64,000 bases of DNA from Ginglymostoma cirratum (Eukaryota). Position 1 is the first letter of the stretch, and the number at the start of each line of letters is the position of its first letter. The position numbers and the translations under genes were made by a program. Under the pieces are notes generated by a model. It had not been told where the DNA came from. It saw nothing but the letters and a program-made list of their open reading frames with translations, and did not search any database. Below are positions 25,519 to 36,279 of this stretch, in pieces. Where the stretch lies: positions 260,738-324,737 of the forward strand of contig JAHRHZ010000266.1 in NCBI GenBank assembly GCA_024137785.1, written 5' to 3'.

Positions 25519-25865
25519 CCAGGTTTAAGTACCACCTGCTCCAGAGGTCAGTAATAACATCTCTGGACAGGTTGATTAGAAAAATATGTTAAATAAAAAA
25601 ATAAGAAATCTGAGGTAATGAGGTAATAAAGAATGAGTACCAACCCAAGCCAGTCTTTGTGTTTATGTTTTTTTTTTATTTGTTCATGGGATGTGAGCAA
25701 TACTGGCTAAGCCAGCATTAATAAAAAGACCTAATGGAAGAGGCCCTTGTGGTGCAACAGTAGTGTCCCAATTCCTAAGCCAGAACATACAGGTGCAAGT
25801 CACCCCCCACCCACTCCAGAGGTGTGTAATAACATCTCTGGACAGGTTGATTATGAAAGATTAAG
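25519..25865 (+). repeat. Tandem tRNA-like SINE array (right part)
   Basis: Resumes the unit broken at 17933 (gagacc | caggtttaagtacc). The spacer at 25603-25750 matches 17747-17895. Confidence 0.7.
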
Positions 25866-27429
25866 ACCTGATGGAGCCCAGACATGCTAGTGTCAAAATT
25901 TGACGGTTCAACTGATACAGCAAAGTTAACGCAGTAACCAGGAACCACAATTCCCTGCCCAAAGGATTGTATTAACTGGGTTGGAATTAAGATGCATCTG
26001 CTGAAGGGATACAGGCAGGTTCCCTTAATATACAAATCTGCTAAGTCTGACAGTTAACAGTTCCTGCTACAACTCCATGTCAACAATAATCCAATCCTCT
26101 TTTTATGCACAATAGATTGTGTTCCCTTTCCAAGATTGGCTTATTGCATCGCAGTCTTGATCAGTCCAGCTTTGACTTTGTGTTTACTTTTAGCAACAAT
26201 TAAATACTACCTTATAATATCATTGAATGGTTACAACATTTTGCTTTGGGGAGGCAATGATGTAATGGTATTATCATTGGACTAGTAATTCAGGGGCAAA
26301 GGTAATATTCCAATGATGCAGGATCAAATCCTACCACAGCATATGGTTAATTTTACTTTCACCAATATGTGAAATTAAAGGTCTGATGATTATGATAAAA
26401 CAACTGCTAATTGTCCTAAAAGCCCATCTGGAATACTAATGCCCTTTCGGGAAGGAAATCTGTTGTCCTCATCTGATATGTGACTCCAGCATGGGGACCT
26501 ATATTATCAGAAGGGGCATGGCAAGATTTTTAGTTGTGCCAAACTACTGAAAAGCTTCAAAAAAAAAAGGAACTTAACTGGGCAGATTACCTAGGCATTG
26601 ATTTCGACACTGAAAATGACAACATAATCAGCCCCGTCAACACTGCTCATGCTTCTTACCAAAATTTGGGACCAATGCCAAATTGGGAGAGTTGTCTTAA
26701 TGACTAGTCAAGCAGCAGCCGGACTTATTTAGACTCACCAACTCATACCTTACAATGTCCCTGACAACACCATCACCAGGCATGATGGGCATGTCCTGTC
26801 CCACTAGTAGAGCGTGGCCAGCAGAGGTGGTGGTACAGGAAGGGGTCTGTTCTGGAGAACTCAATATTGACTCCAGATGCTTTGACATTTCATGGCATCA
26901 GGTCAACTATGGCAAAGAAACCTCCAGCTGACTACCCTGTACTACCCTCCGCAAACACTCTCCCCATCATGAACTGATGGATAGTGTTTCCTATGTCAGA
27001 CACCTCTTGGAAGAACCATCGAGGGTGGCAAGGTTGCAGAATGTATTCTGGTGGGAGATTTCATTGTTCACCACAAAGAGTTGTTTGGCGGCAAAACTAC
27101 CATTCAAGTCATAGAGTCATTCAGCGTGGAAACAGACACTTCAGTCCAATTCGTCTATGCCAGCCAGGCATCCCAATCTGACCTAGTCCCATTGGCCAGC
27201 ATTTGGCCCATATCCTTCTAAACCCTAGACTGGGTCTGCAAAAGTGGTGAGGGAAACAACATGAGGGTGAAACATGTTTAAACTCATTCTCACCAATCTG
27301 CCCATTGCAGATGCATCTATCTATGACAGTATTGGTAAGACTGACCACGGTGCAGTCCTCGTGAGACAAGATATTGTCGTCAAAATGAGGATACAGCTAA
27401 ATAAGAGCCCATGGTGTACTGACAAGGAT

Positions 27430-28745
27430 AGAATCGGTATCAAAGGGATATTTTTTAGTATATCAGCAGTGACCAGTGGAATTCAGTGGGGCCAGAGTTG
27501 GGACAACAATTAGTCACATTATACATTAACAATCTGGACAAAAGAACTGAGGGCATTGTTGCTATGTTTGCAAATCCTATAAAGATACGTGGAGGAACAG
27601 GTGGTGCTGAGGAAGCTGGGAGGCTGCAGATAAACTTTGATAGGCCAGGAGAGTGGGCAAAGAAGTGGCAGATGGAATACAATGCGGGAAAGTGTGAAGT
27701 TGTGTAGTTTGTTTGGAAGAATTGAGGCATTGACTATTTTTCTGAATTGGGGTAGGCATCGGAAATCTGAGGCACAAAGGGTCTTGGGAATCCTAGTTCA
27801 GGATTCTCTTATGGTTAACATTTAGGTTCAGTTGGCAGTGATGAAAGCGAAAGTAATTTGAGCATTCATCTCAAAAGGGTGAGAATAAAGAGGCAGGAAT
27901 TTACTGATAAGGCTGAAAAAGGCTCTGGACAGAATTTGGTACTTTGTGAGCAATCTTGGGCCCCATATCTAAGGAAGATAGAATCACAGAATCCCTACAG
28001 TGGGAAAACAGGACATTCGGCCCATCGAGTCCTCACTAGTCTCTCTGAAGATCATCGGCCCCAGACCCACTCCCATACCCTGTCCCTGTAACCCTGCATT
28101 TCCCATGGCCAATCCACCTAATCTACACATCCCTGGACACAATGGGCAATTTAGAAAGGGCAATCCACCTAACCTGCTCATCTTTGAACTGTGGGAGGAA
28201 ACTGGAGCACCCAGAGGAAACCCACACAGACACAGATGATGTGTTGGCTTTGTGGAGGGGGTCCAGAGGAGATTCACAAGAATGATCATGAGAATGAGGA
28301 GCTTATCATACGCAAAGTGGTTGAGGACTCTGAGTCTGTACTCAATGGAGTTTAGAAGGATGGTGGGGTTTCTCGTTAAAATTTACATAATACTGAGAGG
28401 CCTGGATAGAGTTGACGTGCAAAAGGTATTTCCACTAAGGGGAGAGACTAGAACCTGAGGGCACAGTCTCAAAGTGAAGGGATGATGTTTAAGAACTGAG
28501 ATAAGGAGAAATTTCTTCAGCCGGACTGTGATGAATCAGTGGAACTTATTGTAGCAGAGGCCTGTGGAGACCAAGTCACAGAATGTATTTAAGAGATAGC
28601 TAGGTTCTTGATTAGTAATGGGAGCATAGGTTGCAGGGAGAAATCAAGAGAATGAGGTTGAGAAACATTGCAGCAATGATTGAATGAGTAGATTGATGAG
28701 CTGAATGGCCCAATTCTGCTCCTATATCTTATTGTTCTATGGTCT
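27430..28745 (+). mobile_element. CR1 RT/3' fragment containing a 5'-truncated HE1 SINE (minus, 27979-28234)
   Basis: WAKKWQMEYNAGKCEV, VQRRFTRMI, RGLDRVD. Confidence 0.8.
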
Positions 28746-28789
28746 CCACCTTGTTGTGTGACATTATCACCATGCTAAACTGGAAAGGA

Positions 28790-29092
28790 GTTAGTTGACT
28801 TGCTCGCCCAGCTGGCTTGTTTTCGTTCAGACATTTCGTCACCATGCTAGGTAACATCATCAGTGAGGCCTACGATGAAGCGATCGTGTTCTACTCCGCT
28901 TGGAATTTATACTGTCTGGTCTGTTATGGTGAGTAGTGTCATTTCTGGTTTTGATCTGTATGGGTTTGTATATGGGGTCCAATTCTATATATTTGTTGAT
29001 TGCATTGCGCGTTGAGAATGAAAACAAGCCAGCTTGACAAGCAAGTCAACAACCTCACCCACAACCCAAGCTCCAAATCTTTGCTAAAACTT
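28790..29092 (-). mobile_element. Poseidon-type PLE 3' fragment with inverted end and tail
   Basis: The minus frame reads FSTRNAINKYIELDPIYKP. Inverted gttgacttgct..ctggcttgttttc / gaaaacaagccag..gcaagtcaac. TSD taaactggaa at 28776-28785 and 29093-29102. Confidence 0.75.
28828..28866 (-). ncRNA. Hammerhead ribozyme motif (distinct family, longer stem II)
   Basis: Minus strand CTGATGA-t-GTTACC-tagcat-GGTGAC-GAAA-TG-TC. Confidence 0.7.
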
Positions 29093-29547
29093 TAAACTGG
29101 AATAGACTTTGAGCAGATCCAGCAACTCAAGACTGGGCATCCCTGCAACAATATGGGTCATTAGCAGCACCAGAATCATAATCCAACACAATCTGCAACA
29201 TCATGGCTTGGCGTATTCCCCTCTCTACCTATGCCATCAAGCCAAGGGAGAAACCATGGATCAGTGAAGATTTCAGGAGAGCATGCCAGGAGCAGCACCA
29301 GGAATAAATAAAAATGAGTTGTCAGTGTGGTGAAGTTACAACACGGAGATACTTGTGTGTCAAACAGGAGAGGCAGCCAGTGATATACAGAACTAAACAA
29401 TTCCAGAACCAATGAATCAGATCTAAGCTTTGTGGTCCATAAGGGGAGGCTCCATAAACATCCCCGCCATCAATGATGGGGGAGCCAAGCACATCAGTGC
29501 AAAAGATAAGGCTGAAGCATTTTCAATAAACTTCAACTGAAAGTGCC

Positions 29548-30420
29548 ATAAGACTATAAGGCTAGAAGTAAGCCATTCAGCCCATTTAATGAAATCATAG
29601 CTGCGCTGATAACTGTCAAATCCACTTTCCTGCTTTTTTCCCCATAATCTTCAATTCCCTTACTGATTAAAAATCAGCCTATGTCTCTACATTCTATCAC
29701 GGAATGGTCACTGTTTCCTCGGGCATAGCTTACTCCGACATCATTTATTCTACCCGCCTCATCAGATATTGCTTGATCCAAAATTGTCTAATTCCCGAAC
29801 AAAAACAAAGTTGCTGGAAAAGCAACCTAAGGGTCATCGGACCCGAAACGTTAACTCTGTTTTTTCCTTCACAGATGCTGCCAGACCTGCTGAACTTTTC
29901 CAGCAACTTTGTTTTTGTTCCTGATTTACAGCATCCGCAGTTCTTTCGTTTTTTTATTTTGCCTAATTCCTGGTTGGATCCATTATATATTGTTCCAAAA
30001 AATTGTCCCAAATGTATTTGATGAATTTTTCCATGTGGCTACCTCTGCCAATCTGTCTGTATGAAGATTAACGTCACACTTGATTAATACACTGCCTTTT
30101 ATCTAAACACCACTATTGTCATGTCCTGATTTATTCTCTGTTCTGCCATTAAGCTATTGTCGGTAGGCCTACAAACTACTAGTCCTACTAGTGTCTTCAT
30201 TTCCTTTTTATGTCATGCCTCCACCTATATGGATTCTACATCTTCTGATCCAAGATCATTTCTTGCTATCATACTAATTCCATCCCACACTAACAGTGCT
30301 CCCCACCACCATTTCCTTCCTGTCTGTCCTTTCAAAATGTCACATGTTCCTAAATATTGAGTTTCCAGCTTTGATCTCTTTGTAACCATATCTCCATAAT
30401 AGTTATACGATCACATCATT
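29548..30420 (-). mobile_element. CR1 fragments
   Basis: 3' UTR with taagac repeats and endonuclease-region remnants. Confidence 0.55.
29797..29958 (+). mobile_element. PLE mini-element (family B) with a short inverted arm
   Basis: Arm gaacaaaaacaaagttgctggaaaag; the unit starts inside the hammerhead (gggtc-atcg-gaccc-gaaacgtta). TSD ttgYctaattcc at 29784-29795 and 29959-29970. Confidence 0.85.
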
Positions 30421-32360
30421 TACACATACCCAGGACATCTGTGCAGACATGCCCGTTTTCCAATCATCTTCAGCTGCTTCAATGACCTTTCTGCCATCAT
30501 TACGTCAGATGTGGGCACTTTTGCTGATGATTGCACAATGTTCAGCACCATTTGTGACTCCTTAAATAGTGAAGCAGTCCATGTCCAAATTTGATAAGAT
30601 CTGGACAGCATCCAGGCTTGGACTCAAAAGTGGTAAGTAACATTCACATGACACAGAACCAGGCTTTAAACCATCTCCAATGAGAGATTCTAACCCTATC
30701 TCCTCTTGACATTCAATGGCATTACCATCACTAAATCTCCCACTATCAACATCCTGGGGTTAAATATTGATCAGAAACTGACCCGATCTAGCCATTCAGT
30801 ACTGTGACTACAACAGCAGTTCAGAGGCTAGGAATACTGCAGCGAATAACTCACCTCCTGACTCCTCAACAACTCTTCACTATCTAAAAGGTACAAATCA
30901 GATGTATGATGAAATATTTCCCACGTGTCTGGATGACTGGAGCTTCAACAACAGTCAAGAGTGTCGACACCAATCAAGCCAAAGCAGCCCGATTGTGGGT
31001 GGTAATCAATCGACCACCTTTGCCATTCACTTCCTTCACCACCTAAGTCCAGGCACAGCAGTGTATAGCATCTGCCAGATATACTGCAGCAACTCACACG
31101 GGCTCCTCCTTTAAAACCCACAATCTTCATGACCTAGAAGGACAAGGACAGCAGATACATAAGAACTCTACCACCTGCAGTTATATTCCATCCCATCCAA
31201 GTTATATTCTACCATATTCTACTTGGAGACATATCCCTGTTCCTTTACTGTTCCTGGGTCAAAATTTGTGTAGTCCCTGAGTGCATTGTGGGTGCACCGA
31301 CATTCCAAGTATGTAGTGATTAAAGACAGTTCATCATTCCCTTCTCCAGGGCAAATAGGGATGGGCAATAAATGTTCTCTAATGGAGAAAGAAAATTCAC
31401 AGCCCAACAATGGTGAAAAGTCATATATAGCTCATTTGCAGCTTATTGTGAATTTTGAAAACTGACTCTACTTATGAAGTAAATGTTGAATTGTCTCTGC
31501 TCTTGCTGTTTCAGAGCAGTACTTCCTCATTCATAATGTGACCAGAAAAACTGAGCAGCTAGGAAAGAAACAGAAAAGACTTTGAATTTTACAGGGCAAT
31601 CAGCTTCACCAAATCTCAGGTCAAAATCCCCACCTGATCATCTTGCCCCTTGAATAATTTTTTCCTTATCCTTTCTCTCATTTCCATTTCATCTGTTTCG
31701 TGTTCATTTGCCTTCTCTGACACTTTGCTGCTCAATTTTGTCCTTATTCATCAAAAATAGACATTGCTGGCAAGGTCAGCATTTATTGACCATCCCTGAT
31801 TACTCAAGTATACTGGAAACCCTTGATGTTCACTTCCCTTCAAATCCACTTCAATGAATGTATAATTCTGCATGATGCTGAATTCTCCACCCCCTGCCCA
31901 ATTCTTTGGCTGGGGAATGTCCCCCATTCAGCAGACTGCTAAAAAATTTTAAGAATTTTTGTTTCACCGAGATCATACCCACAGGCTTCTCGTCCTCTAT
32001 TGACCTTTTCAGCCATCCCAAATTTCTCGACTCATCTCATTCATTCTAAACTCAGAGCACAATGTTCTCTCAAGTTCAACCCAAGGCTTCGCTATTATTG
32101 TTCAGTGAATAGACCACCATCTTGTAGGGGTTGAATTCCAACTCACTCACCAACATCTTCTATCTAGACGCAGCACGGTGGCTCAGTGGTTAGCACTACT
32201 GCCCCACAGCACCACGGACACGGGTTTGATCGCAACCTCAGGCTGCTGTCTGTATGGATTTTGCACATTCTCCCTCTGTCTGTATGGATCTCTTCCGGGT
32301 GTGCCAGTTTCCTTCCACAGTCCAGGGATGTGCAGGTTAAGTGAATTAGCCATGGGAAAT

Positions 32361-32492
32361 TTTTTCTGATGAAGGGTTTAGGCCCGAAACGTCAAGTTTT
32401 CCTGCTCCTATGATGCTGTTTGACCTGCTGTGTTCATCCAGCCCCATGCTTGTTATCTCGGATTCTCCAGCATCTGCAGTACCTTTTATCTC
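32361..32492 (+). mobile_element. 132-bp solo PLE 3' unit starting at the hammerhead
   Basis: Perfect TSD tagccatgggaaat at 32347-32360 and 32493-32506; near-identical to the reverse complement of 51786-51916. Confidence 0.92.
32363..32396 (+). ncRNA. Minimal type I hammerhead ribozyme motif, intact core
   Basis: ttt-CTGATGA-a-GGGT-ttag-GCCC-GAAA-CG-TC-aag; predicted cleavage after C32393. Confidence 0.8.
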
Positions 32493-32722
32493 TAGCCATG
32501 GGAAATGCAGGGTTACAGAGATAGGTTGAGGGATTGGAACTGGGTGGGCTGCTCTTTAGATGGTTGGTGTGGACTCACTAGACCAAATAGCCTGCTTCCA
32601 CTGTGTAGGGATTTTATCAGGACCATGAAACATCAGGCCATTTTTCTGCACATTTATCACTGACCTCACCCCTTCTAATCTCCTTAAGCTCATGGCCTCT
32701 AACCTCATTAGAATGCAAGAAT

Positions 32723-34110
32723 TTTTATTTTAATTCATTCATTGGATGAGGTCTTGGCTGGCTAGGCACGCATTTATTGCCCAGCCCAATTGCCCAGAAG
32801 CAGGTAAGAGTCAACAACATCACGATGGGTCAAGAATAACCTACAGACCAGACCAGACAAGAACATTAGTCAACAAGATGGGATGGCAGGACTGAAATAT
32901 GAAGAGAGATTGGATTGGTTAGGACTATCATATTAGAGTTTTGAAGGATGAGGGGGACCTCATAGAAACCTATAAAATTTTAACACAACCGACAGGGTAA
33001 GTGAAAGAAGAATGCTCCTGATAACCAGGAAGTCCAGAACCACAGGATCTAAGGATATGGCCTAGACAATTTAGGACTGAGATAAAGGGAAACTTCTACA
33101 CTCAGAGAATAATGAGTCCATGACATTCTCTGCCATTTAAGGTGGTTAAGTCCACAGCATTGAATGCTTTCAAGGATACAATTCTTTGGGCTAAAGAATC
33201 CAAAGGAGAGGGAAACTGGGTAGCGAGTTGGATGATCAGCCACAATCATATTGAATGGCACAACAGGTTCAAAGAGTCGAATGACCTACTCCTACTCCTA
33301 TTTTCTATGTTGCTGTGCTAATGAAAATCAATAGTAATTACATGGTTGCAATTACACTAACTTTATATTCCAGATATTTAATAAATTCATATATCACCAT
33401 GTGCCATAGGAGTATTCAAGTCCCCAGAGCACCAGTCCAGTTACAGTACCATTACACCACTGCTTCACTTAATTGGAGCTGGAGTCCGTCATTTGACGCT
33501 TTGTGCCTGCTCAGCCATTTGGAGTCATGGAGTCATACAACACAGAAACAGACTCTTTAGTCCAAATCATCCATGCCAACAGGTTTCTCATACTGAACTA
33601 ATTCCATTTGGCCCATATCCTCCAAACCTTTCCTATTTATGGACCTGTCCAAATGTCTTTTAAATGTTGTAACTGCACTGCCTTACCACCTCCTCTCATT
33701 CAATATACACACCACCTTCTCTGTGAAAAAGTTGCCTCTTCGGAGCCTTTTAAATTCTTTTCCTCTCACAGGGCATAGGGCTACGCCCTCTAGTTCTGGA
33801 ATTCCCTACTCTTAGCTATTCACCTTATCTATGCCCCTCATGACTTTATAAACCTCTATAATGTCACCCATCAGCCTCCAACGACTCTAGGGGAAAAGCC
33901 CTAGTCTATCTAGCTTCTCTTTATAACTCAAACCCTCCAATCCCAGGAACATTCTCATAAATTTTCCCTTTTCTAGTTTAACAACATCCTTCCTATAGAA
34001 GGGCAACCAGAACTGTATGCGGAATTTTAAAAGTAGCCTCACCAATGTCTTGTACAGCCGCAACATGACTCTCAACTCTTATAATCAATGCTCTGACCAA
34101 AGAAGGCAAG
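32723..34110. mobile_element. SacSINE-like pieces and CR1 3' fragments (plus 32880-33310, minus 33520-34110)
   Basis: CR1 C-terminal motifs (LYKTLVR..QFWLP..LEGLSYKEKLDRLGLF); SINE halves at 32723-32880 and 33330-33465. Confidence 0.65.
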
Positions 34111-34228
34111 CAGTTTGGACTGAGATTTACCAGGTATCAGCTATATTTTTGGTTAGTTTCATGGAGGGTCTCTCTCCGTGAGGCCCTGTGGGTTTTCTCA
34201 TGCCAAGTTCCTGAGCTGGCTTCATTAT

Positions 34229-34399
34229 CAACATTCCCTCTAAACTGGGCAGCTGCACAGACATGCGGCTGCTCCAAGATTCCACGCATGGTGATCAGTG
34301 TCAATACACCAGTCGCAGAACTGACTTCCAAATCCAGGCACTACCAAGCACAAACCTCGAAGGCCTGCATAGTTGGCAAGAAAATGAGAGGGAACACTG
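34229..34399. mobile_element. hAT-type MITE
   Basis: TIRs caacattccctct / agagggaacactg; 8-bp TSD ttcattat (34221-34228) and ttcattac (34400-34407). Confidence 0.7.
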
Positions 34400-34759
34400 T
34401 TCATTACCTATGGCGTCCCGCTCATCCAAGGCAGACATTCCTGACACTGCTGAAAAATCCCAGGATCCCTGGCCCAGTCAAGCACTTTCAGTCTAGAGAT
34501 GCCCTTCACCGTGTGTATACTGGGACAGCAACCACAAACCAACACATCTCAGGACACAGAGACGGCACAGCTGACACTTCATTGCATGTACAAGTAGACA
34601 GTTTTACATCGATCGCTGTTTAAGCACCAAGCCGCACAGTGTACCCATACTTACCCTTTTACCATCTTATAGCTCTGTCCAAGTCCGTGCCAATCCTTCT
34701 CCAATGCAGTGTTGTCTCATTGGTCAATGTGGAACTATCAGATATATAGATACATATGT

Positions 34760-35625
34760 AGATATGTAGAAAATAGGTGCAGGAATAGGCCATTCAGCAT
34801 TCAATCCTGCTCCATATTACAATATGATCATGGCTGATCAGCCAACTTGTTATCCTGTTCTCAGTTTTACCAAAATCCTTTAATTCCTTTAGCCCTAAGG
34901 ACTTTATCTAACTTCTAGAAAATATTCAATGTTTTGGCCTCAACCGCTTTCAGTGGCAGAGAATTCTGCAGGGTCACTACTCTCTGGATGAAGAAATTTC
35001 TCCTTATCTCAGTCATCTATGACCTACACCATATCCTTAGACTGTGATCCATGGTCCTAGATTTCCTGGTCATCGGGAATATCCTTCTTGCATTTATCTT
35101 GTCAGATCTGTTAGTATTTTCTTGGTTCCCAGGTGATTCCCCTGCCATTCTTCTAAACTCCTGTGAATACAGTCCTGACCAATCCAGTCCCTTTTCATAT
35201 GTCGGTTCTTCCATCCAATGAATCAGCCTGGTAAACCTTTACTGCAAGCCCTCCACAGTCAGAACATCTTTACTCAGATAAGGAGACCAAAACTTCACAC
35301 AATACTCTGGGTGTGGTCTCACCAAGAACCCATAAAATTCCATCAAAACATTCCATTCCTGCACTCGTATCTTCTTGTTATGAAGACCAACATACCATTT
35401 GCATTCTTCACTGTCTGCTGCACCTCCATATTTACAAGGGCACCCAGGTCTCATTGTACAACCCTCTTCCCTAATCTATTGCCATTCAGATTATAACCTT
35501 TCTGTTTTTCCTATGAAAATGGATAACCTCACATTTATCCACAATGCACTTCATCTGCCATCAAGTTGCCCACTCACTCAACCTGTCCAAATCACACTGA
35601 AGTATCTCTGCATCCTCCAGATTGT
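34760..35625 (-). mobile_element. CR1 3' fragment
   Basis: LVRPHPEYCVKFWSPYL; 3' UTR. Confidence 0.8.
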
Positions 35626-35924
35626 TCACACTCCCACACAAGAAAGTCTTTCAGGTTCGAAACATTCACTATTAATTACCAACAGCAAAAGTAAACAAAA
35701 ACAGAAAGAAGCTCCACTTGCCTTTGAGACCAGGCACGGACTGCTTGCTTTTCAAGCAGCAAGAAATTTACAGCAAGAGTGATGACTCCACCCAGCTCAC
35801 ATCTATTGGAACTGACATCAATTCCACTCATGAAATTCCATTAGTAAGAACTTTGATACATTTGTGGTTCAAGGATTGAGATATCTCACACACATCCCCA
35901 GTGGCTTTTTGGAAGCAGCCAGTT

Positions 35925-36230
35925 ACATAAACGTTACCTTGATGGCCACTGGGATAAGTTGGTTACACACTCCTCATGTCCTGTTCCAGCAGTTGGCACA
36001 GTTTTGTGACAGTGTCCCGGGTCATCTTCAGTCTGCGGTGACACTGTACCACACTCATCTCGAGGAAACGGCATCAAGGACAATAGGCTCTGGCACATGC
36101 TGAGAAGACCTTCAGCTGCAGCATCCTCAGGTGAAGGCTGTTCTGCATCCACTGGAGATTGCTGCTGATCCTGGGATAGCGGGTGCAAATGTTCCCCTTC
36201 CATTTCTCTGTGCCTCACCGTTACCTGACA
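35925..36230 (-). mobile_element. Harbinger (HARBI1-like) transposase N-terminal remnant
   Basis: A minus frame not in the ORF track reads FLEMSVVQCHRRLKMTRDTVTKLCQLLEQD, then after a frameshift IPVAIKVT. Confidence 0.55.
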
Positions 36231-36279
36231 ATAACTCGTGTTGTGGCCCTATCTATTGGTCATGCTTGCAATGAACTAG

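Larger units (their letters stand above)
17936..25519 (-). mobile_element. Decayed Ty3/Gypsy LTR retrotransposon with nested CR1, SINE and PLE insertions
   Basis: 3' LTR 18170-17936 (TG..CA), PPT at 18171-18178, similar 5' LTR at ~25085-25290. Integrase (LHQGHPG, KMLARSYVW, TDNGP, YRTTP), RT start (VRLCGDFK), protease (MEVDT) and gag (LLAEVQLDFKHALQLA) remnants. Confidence 0.85.
26248..31410 (+). mobile_element. Fragmented CR1/L2-group LINE with a SINE-like tRNA head
   Basis: 5' end resembles the 8074 SINE head. APE motifs (GDF..H, IGKTDH), RT (FADDCT), IYKVQIR..MKY, and a 3' tail shared with the SINE. Interrupted by other elements. Confidence 0.65.
32170..32617 (+). mobile_element. HE1-like SINE interrupted by a PLE unit
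   Basis: The HE1 consensus resumes after 32506. Confidence 0.85.
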
